The position numbers and the translations under genes were made by a program. A DNA stretch of 64,000 bases from Novosphingobium sp. (GTDB lineage: Bacteria; Pseudomonadota; Alphaproteobacteria; Sphingomonadales; Sphingomonadaceae): the NCBI RefSeq assembly GCF_040398825.1, contig NZ_JBBATI010000018.1, positions 323 through 64,322 of the forward strand. The letters run 5' to 3'. The notes beneath the pieces were generated by a model, which saw only the letters and a program-made list of their open reading frames with translations, searched no databases and was not told where the DNA came from. Each line of letters opens with the position of its first letter. Within the stretch, counting starts at the first letter, position 1. Positions 32,021-41,033 of the stretch are shown here, in pieces.

Positions 32021-32557
32021 GTGACCCTGGCGTCAAACACTGCCGGGGCCGGTCCTGCGCCGGTACCGGGCACCTTGCTGATCGTCTGGCACAGCCGCAC
32101 CGGCGCGGCGCGGGCCATGGCCGATGCCGCGCTGGCGGGCGCCATGGCCGAAATCGGCGATGCGGCGCGGATGGTGGCGGCAGGTGATGCGCAGGCGGAT
32201 GATGTGTTGCGCAGCGCCGGGCTGCTGTTTGTCTGTCCGGAAAACCTGGGCGCGCTGACGGGTGAGATGAAGGCGTTTTTTGATCGCACCTATTATGCCG
32301 TGCTGGGCCGGATCGAGGGTCGCGCCTATGCCACCGCGATCGCCGCGGGCAACGCCGGGCAGGGGGCAGAGGCGCAGCTTGACCGCATCGTCACCGGCTG
32401 GCGGTTGCGCCGCGTGGCGCCATCGCTGATCGTGCGGCTGGGGGCTGATACGCCGGCGGCGATTGCCGCGCCGAAAAGGCTGTCGGGTAACGATTGCCAA
32501 ACCTGTCGGGATTTGGGACGCTCGCTGGCAGCGGGCTTGCAAATCGGGGTATTCTGA
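32021..32557 (+). CDS. flavodoxin-like fold protein (WrbA/NAD(P)H-dependent oxidoreductase-like)
   Basis: GTG 32021. LLIVWHSRTGAARAMA and LLFVCPENLGALTGEMKAFFDRT resemble the two FMN-binding loops of flavodoxin-like proteins. Starts 33 nt after the preceding gene. Confidence 0.65.
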   Translation: MTLASNTAGAGPAPVPGTLLIVWHSRTGAARAMADAALAGAMAEIGDAARMVAAGDAQADDVLRSAGLLFVCPENLGALTGEMKAFFDRTYYAVLGRIEGRAYATAIAAGNAGQGAEAQLDRIVTGWRLRRVAPSLIVRLGADTPAAIAAPKRLSGNDCQTCRDLGRSLAAGLQIGVF

Positions 32558-32633
32558 CCAATTTGGACCGATCACTGGGGGATCGCAATGGCTGCGGCGT
32601 CTCATGAGCAACCATGCCGGGAAATGACTGACA

Positions 32634-33401
32634 ATGGCAGCGCGTGGACGCAATCAAAATCGGGGTCCCACGGATAGGGCAACAGCCGCCCGGGGTACGC
32701 CCGTGGCCGGCCTGCTGTTTGCGACGGCGGCGCGGTGCCGCGCCGATGATCTGGTTATGAACGCGCGCGATGCTGCCGCATACCAGATCATCCGCTGTGA
32801 CGATGCGGCGGGCCAGGCCGACCTGTTGTGTGATGGCCTGATGTTTGATTGCCGCGGGCTGACCCCGGCACCGGCGCTGCACATCGACGCGGCGATGCAA
32901 CAGATCGCGCTGCCCGCCGGATTTGCGCTGGCCGACCACGCGCTGGTGACGGTGGGGCCGGGCGCGCAACTGGCAGGGGCCGGGCAATTGCTGCCGGTGG
33001 TGCGGGCCCTGGCCGGGCTGGTGCGCGCGCTGGCCGCCATGCCCGGGGTATGCGCGGTGGTGTGGTTGCCGGCGCGGACCGCGATGTCACCACAATGGTT
33101 TGCCGAAGCGACCGGTCACTGGTTGAACGGGGGGGCATTCCCCGCGCTGGCGATGACCGGCCTGGCCCGGTCTGATCAGGGCTTTGCCAGCACAGGCCTG
33201 GCCTATTTCACCGGCCAGGAATTCGTGTTTGGCAGCCGCGAAGGCGTGCGGGAAACCGATGCGCGCGGCGCGGTGCGGCTGACCGACTGGCTGGTGGCGC
33301 ATGGCCGCATCGACGCCGCCTGTGATATCGAACTGCCCGGTTTTGGCACGGTCCGGCTGGAGCCGCAGGGCCCGGACAGCTTGCGCGCCACCCCCCTTTA
33401 G
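32634..33401 (+). CDS. hypothetical protein (no family recognised)
   Basis: 255-aa ORF. Third-position GC bias and Asp/Phe codon choices (gat, ttt) resemble neighbouring genes. Start uncertain (alternative ATG 32757). Confidence 0.5.
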   Translation: MAARGRNQNRGPTDRATAARGTPVAGLLFATAARCRADDLVMNARDAAAYQIIRCDDAAGQADLLCDGLMFDCRGLTPAPALHIDAAMQQIALPAGFALADHALVTVGPGAQLAGAGQLLPVVRALAGLVRALAAMPGVCAVVWLPARTAMSPQWFAEATGHWLNGGAFPALAMTGLARSDQGFASTGLAYFTGQEFVFGSREGVRETDARGAVRLTDWLVAHGRIDAACDIELPGFGTVRLEPQGPDSLRATPL

Positions 33402-33508
33402 AACCGATTTGGCATCAAGACCGGCCAGCGCGATTTCGGCAATGGTTTGTTTACATGTGCCGGGCAGCGTCAACCCCCTGATCTGGGGGACAAGGATATG
33501 GCCGCATC

Positions 33509-34027
33509 ATGTCGTTAGCGCGCTCTGCGCTGCCCTTTCGTTCGGTCAATGTGCCGGGGTCAAAGGGGTATTGCGCCGGATTGCAGCGGCACCATGTCTT
33601 GCCGCGGCAATTGCTCGATATGCCGGGCATTGGCGGGCTGATCGATCAGATCGGCACGGCCAGGCTGGGCTTTCACGATTTTTGCTGCAATGGGCTGTTG
33701 CTGCCCGCCACCGACGAAGAAGCGGTGCGGCGGGGCCTGCCGCTGCATCGCGGCCCGCACAACTGCTATAACGAACTGGTGATCGAACGCATGGGGCAGA
33801 TCGAGGCGGGATGGCAAAAACGCCGGCGCGGGCCGGGTGCCGACGGCGCGCTGGCCGAGGCGCTGATGCGCATCGACCTGTTGCAGCGCGCGTTGCGCCG
33901 CCGGCTGCTCGATCCCGCCCGCTGGCACGGCGCGGCATTGCACGCGCGCGATCCGGCGCTCGATTTCAGCCACCTTGATCGAATGGCCGACATGCTGTGG
34001 GCCGCCACCATCCCGGCACCGGCCTGA
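33509..34027 (+). CDS. AHH-family HNH/EndoVII-fold nuclease domain protein, stand-alone
   Basis: Ordered blocks LQRHHVLP, FHDFCCNGLLLP and LHRGPHNCYNELV match the signature I know for the AHH nuclease clade. 172 aa with no extra N-terminal domain. Confidence 0.7.
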   Translation: MSLARSALPFRSVNVPGSKGYCAGLQRHHVLPRQLLDMPGIGGLIDQIGTARLGFHDFCCNGLLLPATDEEAVRRGLPLHRGPHNCYNELVIERMGQIEAGWQKRRRGPGADGALAEALMRIDLLQRALRRRLLDPARWHGAALHARDPALDFSHLDRMADMLWAATIPAPA

Positions 34028-34056
34028 TCATCAACCGGCCGCGCGATCGTTTGCGG

Positions 34057-35037
34057 TCAGCCCTGGAACGGTGCAGTATTGGCACCCAGCGCCGCGATGG
34101 CATCGTGGTATTCGCTTTCAAACCGCGCCACACGGGTTTCCACGCTGTCGATGGCGCTGATCGCACCGATGCCCTGGCCCGAACCCCAGATATCCTTCCA
34201 CGCCTTTGCCCCGGTGTTTCCACCCGATCCGAAATTCATCTTGGTCGGGTCGCTTTCGGGCAGGTTGGCTGGATCGAGCCCGGCGTTGACGATCGACGAA
34301 CGCAGGTAATTGCCATGAATGCCGGTGAACAGGTTGGAATAGATGATGTCGTCCGCGCCGGATTCGACAATGGCCTGCTTGTACGCCTGTTCCGCGCGCG
34401 CCTCATGCGTGGCGATCCAGGCTGAGCCGATATAGGCAAAATCGGCGCCCAGCGCCTGCGCCGCCAAAATGGACCGGCCATGCCCGATCGCGCCCGACAG
34501 CGCGACCAGCCCGTCGAACCAGGCGCGAATTTCCTGCATCAGCGCAAACGGTGACAGCGCCCCGGCGTGGCCACCGGCCCCGGCCGCGACCGGCACCAGG
34601 CCATCGGCGCCCTTTTCGATCGCCTTGCGCGCAAACCGGTCGTTGATCACATCGTGCAGCACGATCCCGCCCCAGCCATGCGCGGCCTGATAAACATCTT
34701 CGCGCGCGCCCAATGACGTGATCAGCAGCGGCACCTGCCATTTGGCGCACAGCGCCATGTCTTCATCCAGCCGGTTGTTGGTGCGGTGCACGATCTGGTT
34801 GACCGCAAACGGCGCCGCCGGCCGGTCGGGGTGCGCGCGGTTGTGGGTGGCCAGTTCTTCGGTAATCTGGTGCAGCCATTCGTCCAGCTGGCTGATCGGC
34901 CGCGCGTTGAGCGACGGGAAGCTGCCGACCACGCCCGCCTTGCACTGCGCGATCACCAGTTCGGGGCCGGAAATGATGAACAGTGGTGATGCGATCACCG
35001 GCAGGCGCAGATTGGCAAACAGTGCGGGCAGGGGCAT
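34057..35037 (-). CDS. nitronate monooxygenase (NMO) family protein
   Basis: 326 aa. LRLPVIASPLFIISGPELVIAQCKAGVVGSFP and VPVAAGAGGHAG are typical of the NMO FMN barrel. Confidence 0.85.
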   Translation of the reverse strand: MPLPALFANLRLPVIASPLFIISGPELVIAQCKAGVVGSFPSLNARPISQLDEWLHQITEELATHNRAHPDRPAAPFAVNQIVHRTNNRLDEDMALCAKWQVPLLITSLGAREDVYQAAHGWGGIVLHDVINDRFARKAIEKGADGLVPVAAGAGGHAGALSPFALMQEIRAWFDGLVALSGAIGHGRSILAAQALGADFAYIGSAWIATHEARAEQAYKQAIVESGADDIIYSNLFTGIHGNYLRSSIVNAGLDPANLPESDPTKMNFGSGGNTGAKAWKDIWGSGQGIGAISAIDSVETRVARFESEYHDAIAALGANTAPFQG

Positions 35038-35107
35038 TGGGCAGCCTTCTTAAACGATCGGTTAAGGTTGGTGATAGGCGGTCGGGCAAAGCTTTGTCAA
35101 ACCCGCA

Positions 35108-36160
35108 TCACGCCGGTGGCAGGATCGCTTCAATCCCATAGATGCGCGCGGCGGTGCCGGCAAACAACGCGCGCTTTTCCGGTGCAGAGGCACCGGATGA
35201 CAACCGTTTGAACGCGTTCCACAGCGTGGCGTAATCGGCGCCCCAATAATCGACCGGAAAATTGCTTTCAAACATCGCGCGGGCCGGGCCAAACGCATCG
35301 ATGCAGGTTTCGATATATGGCCGCCACAGGCCCGCCAGCACCTCTGACCCCAGGCCTGCGGCGGGGCCTTCTTCGGGCAGGCCGCAAAACGCCATCGCCA
35401 GCCCGCCCAACTTTACCGACACATTCGGCAGTTCCGCCAGCGCGCGGATCTTGCTGCGCCACACATCAAACCGTTCGTGCAGCCGCCCGTGATAGCTGGC
35501 AATGTTGAGCGGGGTGCCGCAATGGTCCAGCACGATCGGCTGATCGGGAAACGCGCGCGCCAGCGAAATCAGGTCATCCAGCTGCGGTTCCAGCAACCAG
35601 GCATCAAACGTCAACCCCAGTTCACCCAGGTGGCGAAACCCGGCGCGGAACGTGTCGTCCAGCAGCAGCCCCTGCGGCGCATGGAACGGCGGCCCCAGCA
35701 CGGTTGGATCGGCATCCCACGCGGCAGAGTGGCGAATGCCGCGAAACCGGGGTGATGCCGCCTGCAACGCCTCCAGCACGGCGCGCGCGGCATCGCCCGT
35801 GGTCAGGTCGGCATGGCCGATGATCGCGGCACAGGGGCGGAACGCGCCATAGATCCCGCTGGCGCCCTGCGCGGCCACGCCATTGACAAACTCGACCTCA
35901 CCCACCGACTTGAACGCGGGGTCACAGTCGCCGTTATAAAACGCGCCGCATTCCATATAGACCGTGCCGATCACATTGTGGCCGCTGGTCACTTCGGCAT
36001 GCAGTTCGTCAAAGGTGTAATAGGGATTGCGCGCCACGGCGGTGATGAACGGGTGGTGCGGTTCGGGAATCTGCGCCAGCAAGGGGCGCAAATCCCACAA
36101 ATGGTGATGCGGATCGATGATCGGCAGATCGGCATCAAGAATCGGTTCAGGCATAGTCAC
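35108..36160 (-). CDS. amidohydrolase-2 family metal-dependent hydrolase
   Basis: 350 aa. N-terminal IIDPHHHLWDL metal-binding motif and later PIVLDHCG. Confidence 0.8.
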   Translation of the reverse strand: MTMPEPILDADLPIIDPHHHLWDLRPLLAQIPEPHHPFITAVARNPYYTFDELHAEVTSGHNVIGTVYMECGAFYNGDCDPAFKSVGEVEFVNGVAAQGASGIYGAFRPCAAIIGHADLTTGDAARAVLEALQAASPRFRGIRHSAAWDADPTVLGPPFHAPQGLLLDDTFRAGFRHLGELGLTFDAWLLEPQLDDLISLARAFPDQPIVLDHCGTPLNIASYHGRLHERFDVWRSKIRALAELPNVSVKLGGLAMAFCGLPEEGPAAGLGSEVLAGLWRPYIETCIDAFGPARAMFESNFPVDYWGADYATLWNAFKRLSSGASAPEKRALFAGTAARIYGIEAILPPA

Positions 36161-36284
36161 TCCCGCACATGGCTTTTGGCCTTGATGCAGGACTATCGCG
36201 GAATCCGAGGTGCTAGCAAGCCGATTTAACCGCGTGATTGAAATGCATGGGGGGAGGGCCGTTTGCCCAACCCCCGCGCATCAT

Positions 36285-37958
36285 TCACCCCCGCGCGGCG
36301 TTGGCCGCCGACAGGATCGCGCGCACGCTGGCGGTGGCGACATCTTCATCGATGCCAACGCCCCACACCACTGCGCCCGCTGCGGTCACGCATTCGACAT
36401 AGGCGGCTGCGCGCGCATCGCTGCCGCCGGTCAGCGCGTGTTCGGTATAATCGCGCACATCGATGGCAATGCCGAACCCGTCGTTCAACGTGGCCACCAC
36501 CGATGATATCAGCCCGTTGCCGCGCCCGCTGACCGATTGCACTTTGCCATCGACCGCGATTTTCCCCGCAAACACGCGCGTGCCATCGCTCGCCTTGGCC
36601 TCTTCATAATCCACCAGCGACAGGTGCTGTGGTTCTTCCAGGTGATAGACCCGGCGGAACACCGACCAGATGTCCGCGGCGGTCAGCTCCCGTCCCAGAT
36701 CGTCGGCCAGCGCCTGCACATGGCGGCTGAAATGCGCCTGCATCTTTTTGGGCAGTTTCAGCCCCTGGTCCGCCTCCAGCACCCAGGCAAAACCGCCCTT
36801 GCCACTTTGCGAATTGACGCGGATCACCGCTTCGTAACTGCGGCCCAGGTCGGCCGGGTCGATCGGCAGATAGGGCACCGCCCACAGCTGATCATTGCGC
36901 TGTGCCTGCGCGGCAAAGCCCTTTTTGATCGCGTCCTGATGGCTGCCCGAAAACGCGGTGAACACCAGTTCGCCGCCATAGGGGTGGCGCTGGTGCACCG
37001 GCAGCTGGTTGCAATATTCCACCGTCTGAATAACCTGGTCGATGTCGGAAAAATCCAGTTCCGGATCAACGCCCTGCGTGTACAAATTCAGCGCCACCGT
37101 CACCAGGCAGCAATTGCCGGTGCGTTCGCCATTGCCAAACAGACAGCCTTCGACGCGGTCGGCCCCGGCCATCAGCCCCAGTTCCGCCGCCGCCACGCCG
37201 GTGCCGCGATCATTGTGGGTGTGCAGGCTGATCACCGCGCGGTCTCGGCCCGGCAGGTTGCGGCAGAAATATTCGATCTGGTCGGCATAGATGTTGGCGG
37301 TCGATGCCTCCACCGTGGCCGGCAGGTTGAGGATGATCGGCTTTTCCACCGTCGGCTGCAGGATGTCCATCACCGCCTCACACGCGGCGATGCTGAAATC
37401 CAGCTCGGCGGTCGAAAACGTTTCCGGGCTATATTCAAAATGCCAGTCGGTCTGCGGAAACCGCGCCGCCTGATCGCGCAAACACGTCGCCCCGGCGCGC
37501 GCAATGTCCAGGATCTGCGCCTGGCTCATGCCGAACACCACATCGCGCCACAGCGGCGACACCGCGTTGTACACATGCACGATCGCGGTCTTTGCGCCCG
37601 CCAGGCTTTCGAACGAGGTCTTGATCAGGTCTTCGCGCGATTGCGTCAGCACTTGCACGATCACATCATCGGGAATGCGGCCATTATCGACCAGCCCGCG
37701 GATGAAATCATATTCGGTGGCGCCCGCACTGGGAAAGCCGACCTCGATCTCCTTCAGCCCGACCCTGACCAGCAGATCGAAAAAGCGCGCCTTTTTATCG
37801 GCATCCATCGGGTCGATCAGCGACTGGTTGCCATCGCGCATGTCGGTGGACAGCCAGCGCGGCGCTTTGGTGATGGTGCGGTTGGGCCATTGACGGTCGG
37901 TCAGTGGCACTTGCGGAAACGGGCGGTACTTGACCGAGGGGTTTTTCAACATGGACAT
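36285..37958 (-). CDS. leuA: 2-isopropylmalate synthase (long form)
   Basis: ATG 37958 (MSMLKNPSVKYRPF...). WLSTDMRDGNQSL and HTHNDRGTGVAAAE, with a C-terminal regulatory domain. Confidence 0.95.
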   Translation of the reverse strand: MSMLKNPSVKYRPFPQVPLTDRQWPNRTITKAPRWLSTDMRDGNQSLIDPMDADKKARFFDLLVRVGLKEIEVGFPSAGATEYDFIRGLVDNGRIPDDVIVQVLTQSREDLIKTSFESLAGAKTAIVHVYNAVSPLWRDVVFGMSQAQILDIARAGATCLRDQAARFPQTDWHFEYSPETFSTAELDFSIAACEAVMDILQPTVEKPIILNLPATVEASTANIYADQIEYFCRNLPGRDRAVISLHTHNDRGTGVAAAELGLMAGADRVEGCLFGNGERTGNCCLVTVALNLYTQGVDPELDFSDIDQVIQTVEYCNQLPVHQRHPYGGELVFTAFSGSHQDAIKKGFAAQAQRNDQLWAVPYLPIDPADLGRSYEAVIRVNSQSGKGGFAWVLEADQGLKLPKKMQAHFSRHVQALADDLGRELTAADIWSVFRRVYHLEEPQHLSLVDYEEAKASDGTRVFAGKIAVDGKVQSVSGRGNGLISSVVATLNDGFGIAIDVRDYTEHALTGGSDARAAAYVECVTAAGAVVWGVGIDEDVATASVRAILSAANAARG

Positions 37959-38190
37959 GGCATGATGCTCTGCAACGGGAGTTTTGCGAAATTGTGGCGA
38001 CGGAGAACGGCCCTCAGGCGGTTTGCGCGCCGGCACACCGACGCGTCAGATCACGCCCAAGGGCGGATTAGTCGCAGGGTCAGGTTCGGCGCGCGCGTCA
38101 TGGCCATGGGCTATGGTCAATCGCGCGCGGCTTGTCCACAATGAATGCTGCAACCGGCGGGCAAACCGCCCGCAGGGATGAGGACGTACG

Positions 38191-39309
38191 ATGATCGAAC
38201 CCTACCACTTCACCGCCCCCGACACCGCCATCGCCGACCTCCACGCGCGCATCGATGCCACCCGCTGGCCAGAGGCGGAAACGGTGGACGACTGGTCGCA
38301 GGGTGTGCCGCTGACCGTGCTGCAGGATTTCGTCAACACCTGGCGCCACGACTATGACTGGCGCCCGGCAGAGGCGTGGATCAACGCGCAAGGCCTGTCC
38401 ACCACCACCATCGATGGGCTGGCGATCCGCTTCCTGCACATCCGATCCCCCCACGCCAATGCTGCGCCGCTGATCCTCACCCACGGCTGGCCCGGGTCGA
38501 TCCTGGAATTTCGCGGCGTGATCGATGCGCTGACCAACCCCGCCGACCCGGCGCACGCGTTCCACTGCGTCATCCCCTGCCTGCCCGGCTATGGCCTGTC
38601 CGAACGCCCGGCGGCCAAGGGTTGGGGCGTGGAAAAGATCGCCCACGCCTGGGGCGGACTGATGGCGCGCCTCGGTTACACCCGCTGGTTCGCACAGGGC
38701 GGCGATTGGGGCGCCGCCGTCACCACCCAGATCGGCCGGCTGAACATTCCCGGCTGCGCCGGCATCCACCTCAACATGCCGATCGCCCGGCCTTTGCCCG
38801 AAGACCTGGCCAACCCCGCCCCCGATGAAGCCCGCGCCCTGGCCGCGCTCCAGCACTATCAGCAATGGGACTCCGGCTATTCCACCCAGCAACGCACCCG
38901 GCCACAAACCGTCGGCTATGCCCTGAACGACAGCCCCACCGGCCTTGCCGCGTGGATCTATGAAAAAATGTGGGCCTGGACCGACAACCACGGCCGCCCC
39001 GAAGACGCGCTGACCCGCGCATCGATGCTCGACAACCTCACCCTCTACTGGCTCACCGCCACCGCCACGTCATCGGCACGCCTCTACTGGGAAAGCTTCG
39101 CCAGCTTCGCCCCCGCCGACATCACCATGCCCGTGGCGTGCAGCGTATTCCCAAAGGAAATCCTGCCCGCCCCCCGCAAATGGGTGGAACGCCATTGTTC
39201 GAACCTGGTGCATTGGGGGGAAATGGCAAAGGGAGGGCATTTTGCAGCATGGGAACAGCCGGAAGCGTTTGTAACCGAATTGCGCGCGGCGTTTGGGAAG
39301 ATGGGGTAG
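38191..39309 (+). CDS. epoxide hydrolase (alpha/beta hydrolase with EH N-terminal domain)
   Basis: 372 aa. N-terminal EH-domain pattern (FTAPDTAIADLHARIDATRWP) and HGWPGS oxyanion motif. Confidence 0.85.
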   Translation: MIEPYHFTAPDTAIADLHARIDATRWPEAETVDDWSQGVPLTVLQDFVNTWRHDYDWRPAEAWINAQGLSTTTIDGLAIRFLHIRSPHANAAPLILTHGWPGSILEFRGVIDALTNPADPAHAFHCVIPCLPGYGLSERPAAKGWGVEKIAHAWGGLMARLGYTRWFAQGGDWGAAVTTQIGRLNIPGCAGIHLNMPIARPLPEDLANPAPDEARALAALQHYQQWDSGYSTQQRTRPQTVGYALNDSPTGLAAWIYEKMWAWTDNHGRPEDALTRASMLDNLTLYWLTATATSSARLYWESFASFAPADITMPVACSVFPKEILPAPRKWVERHCSNLVHWGEMAKGGHFAAWEQPEAFVTELRAAFGKMG

Positions 39310-39476
39310 GGGTTATCGCTATCGTTGATGTTGCGGCGACGTTGCGGTGACGCCGCATTCAAATTCCGTAGTTGGATTGCACATCAACGGCATAGAATGC
39401 TTTAGCCTTATGGGATGAGCTCAGGGGCTCACGCTGGTTCAGCCCAACCTCATTCTGCGCTAATTGTCCAAAACAC

Positions 39477-40283
39477 CTAATCCAATTTCCGACCGGATTT
39501 GGCGTCCACGATCCTGCCATTTTCGTATGACAACACTTCCGGCATCGCCGCCAGACGGTTGATCAGCGTGGTGTTGGGTTCAACGAACGAGGCCACCGCG
39601 TGGAAGCTGGCCGGTTGGACCAAGGCAGGATTGATGCCCGGCGGCAACGGTATGCCTGCCTCCGCACGGCGCACGGCGACGGCGAACAGGCCCAGATCCA
39701 TGTCTGCGCTGCGGCCGAGACCGGTTTCGTCTTTCAGTTCGGGGATGGGGGAGGGTTGCCAGGCCTTGGCGGTCAACAGCGTGCCCAGGTCGGTGATTTT
39801 GCCTGCCTCAGCCGTAAAACCCACGGTGCCAAGGCAGAAGCATTCGTACAGGTATTCCCGCATGCCCAGGCCATAGACGACGTAATCGCCGGGAACGACC
39901 TCAACCAGCGTGGTTTTGATCTTGCCGGATGATGCAATGGCCTTGCCGGGCATGATCGCAAACAGATTGGGGCGGCCTTCGTATTTGAAATTAAAGGATT
40001 CAAGCGGTCCCGCTTTGGCGCCGGCCTTGCTGTACGCCGCGCTGCGTGCGGCCTGATAGGATGCGATCTCGTCGGCGCCGGGTACACGCATGATGTCCGC
40101 CGAAAAGGCGAACAGGTCGGTGTCGATGCGCAGCAGCAGATAGGCGCGGTCGGCCTTCAACGCGAACGTTTCCCTGGCTGCGATTTGCCGGAAATCTTGG
40201 TCGGGATTGCCCTCCGCCAGCGCGGGCGCGGCGCTGCACAGCATGGCGGGCAAGGCTGCCAGGGCCAGCAATCGGCGGATCAC
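39477..40283 (-). CDS. hypothetical exported protein
   Basis: 268 aa. Signal peptide MIRRLLALAALPAMLCSAAPALA. Start overlaps the stop of the upstream gene (ATGA). Uses rarer codons (ata, agg, tca, ttg, caa) than its neighbours. No family recognised. Confidence 0.6.
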   Translation of the reverse strand: MIRRLLALAALPAMLCSAAPALAEGNPDQDFRQIAARETFALKADRAYLLLRIDTDLFAFSADIMRVPGADEIASYQAARSAAYSKAGAKAGPLESFNFKYEGRPNLFAIMPGKAIASSGKIKTTLVEVVPGDYVVYGLGMREYLYECFCLGTVGFTAEAGKITDLGTLLTAKAWQPSPIPELKDETGLGRSADMDLGLFAVAVRRAEAGIPLPPGINPALVQPASFHAVASFVEPNTTLINRLAAMPEVLSYENGRIVDAKSGRKLD

Positions 40284-40807
40284 TGCGTCACCTCTGGCGT
40301 TGGCGGAACGGCGCCGGCGGCCAGGCGGGCCTGGATGCGGATGGCGCGGGCCGGATCGCCCTCATTGATTTGCCGCCATACCGCTTCAGAGGTGCGGTAG
40401 CGGTGATAACCGCGCGGGACCATGCAGCGAAACACGCGCGACTGGCGCAGGCTGCGTTCGATCGGGCCGGCGATCATCGCGCCGATCACATCACCCACCA
40501 GGCCATAATTGCCGGTGCGCTGCTCCGCCGTGCGCGTGTCCTGGCCCATGCGCCAGGGGACGAAATCGGGGGTGGACCGCGCAACCCCGCGCGGCAGGTA
40601 ACGCCAGCAGAACGCCAGATCCTGTTCCGCCGCTTCGGCCGTTACGCCGGGTTTGTGCAGGATGAAATATTTGCGCTCGTCGCCCAGATTTTGCGCGGGT
40701 ACCACCAGATTGGGCAACGCATCATCGGCCGCAGGTTGCTGCGCAGTGGCTGGCGCGGGGCCCGCGAACAGCGCGATGGCACCCAACACGGCAATCGGTA
40801 ATTTCAT
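40280..40807 (-). CDS. hypothetical exported protein
   Basis: ATG 40807 chosen; the ORF-track extension to 41104 runs through repeats. Signal peptide MKLPIAVLGAIALFAGPAPATA. 175 aa. No family recognised. Confidence 0.6.
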   Translation of the reverse strand: MKLPIAVLGAIALFAGPAPATAQQPAADDALPNLVVPAQNLGDERKYFILHKPGVTAEAAEQDLAFCWRYLPRGVARSTPDFVPWRMGQDTRTAEQRTGNYGLVGDVIGAMIAGPIERSLRQSRVFRCMVPRGYHRYRTSEAVWRQINEGDPARAIRIQARLAAGAVPPTPEVTQ

Positions 40808-40880
40808 GATGGTGCCTTCACCAAGGGCCAACGCGCAAGGCAGTGTGCATTGCGATGGCGCAGCATTCAATTGCAAAAAT

Positions 40881-40959
40881 AACGGGTTGCAAGGGCGATG
40901 GTCCTTGCCCGCCGGAGGCAGAAAGCGCCCGCCGGAGGCAGAAAGCGCCCGCCGGACGC
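40881..40959. repeat. direct-repeat copy 1 (61 bp shared with 42523-42590), including 2.6 tandem units of a 20-bp motif
   Basis: aacgggttgcaagggcgatggtccttgcccgccggaggcagaaagcgcccgccggaggcag. The 20-mer gcccgccggaggcagaaagc occurs at 40907-40926 and 40927-40946, with a partial unit at 40947-40959. Confidence 0.9.
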
Positions 40960-40995
40960 ATCTTCCGGAGCGTTGCCCTGTCCCAACGGGCGTTT

Positions 40996-41033
40996 GACAC
41001 CCCCATCCAACCTTCCCCCTGAGGGGGAAGGCT
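40996..41033. repeat. half copy (one arm) of the ~115-bp nested-palindrome element, copy E
   Basis: tgacacccccatccaaccttccccctgagggggaaggct matches the right arm of copies A-D. Overlaps the stop codon of the Rieske gene. Confidence 0.8.

Noticed and set aside
36537-38144. 535-aa + strand ORF opposite leuA
   Set aside because: Shadow ORF opposite an unambiguous 2-isopropylmalate synthase.
37959-38190. leuA upstream region searched for a Leu-rich leader peptide or attenuator
   Set aside because: There is only a hairpin (GCGGGC-N5-GCCCGC, about 38158-38174) without a U-tract, and an 18-codon ORF with three scattered Leu. No run of Leu codons and no terminator.
40907-40959. Tandem 20-bp repeats considered as a possible mini-CRISPR array
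   Set aside because: The units are directly adjacent with no spacers. There are only 2.6 copies and no cas genes, so this is a simple tandem duplication within a REP-like repeat.
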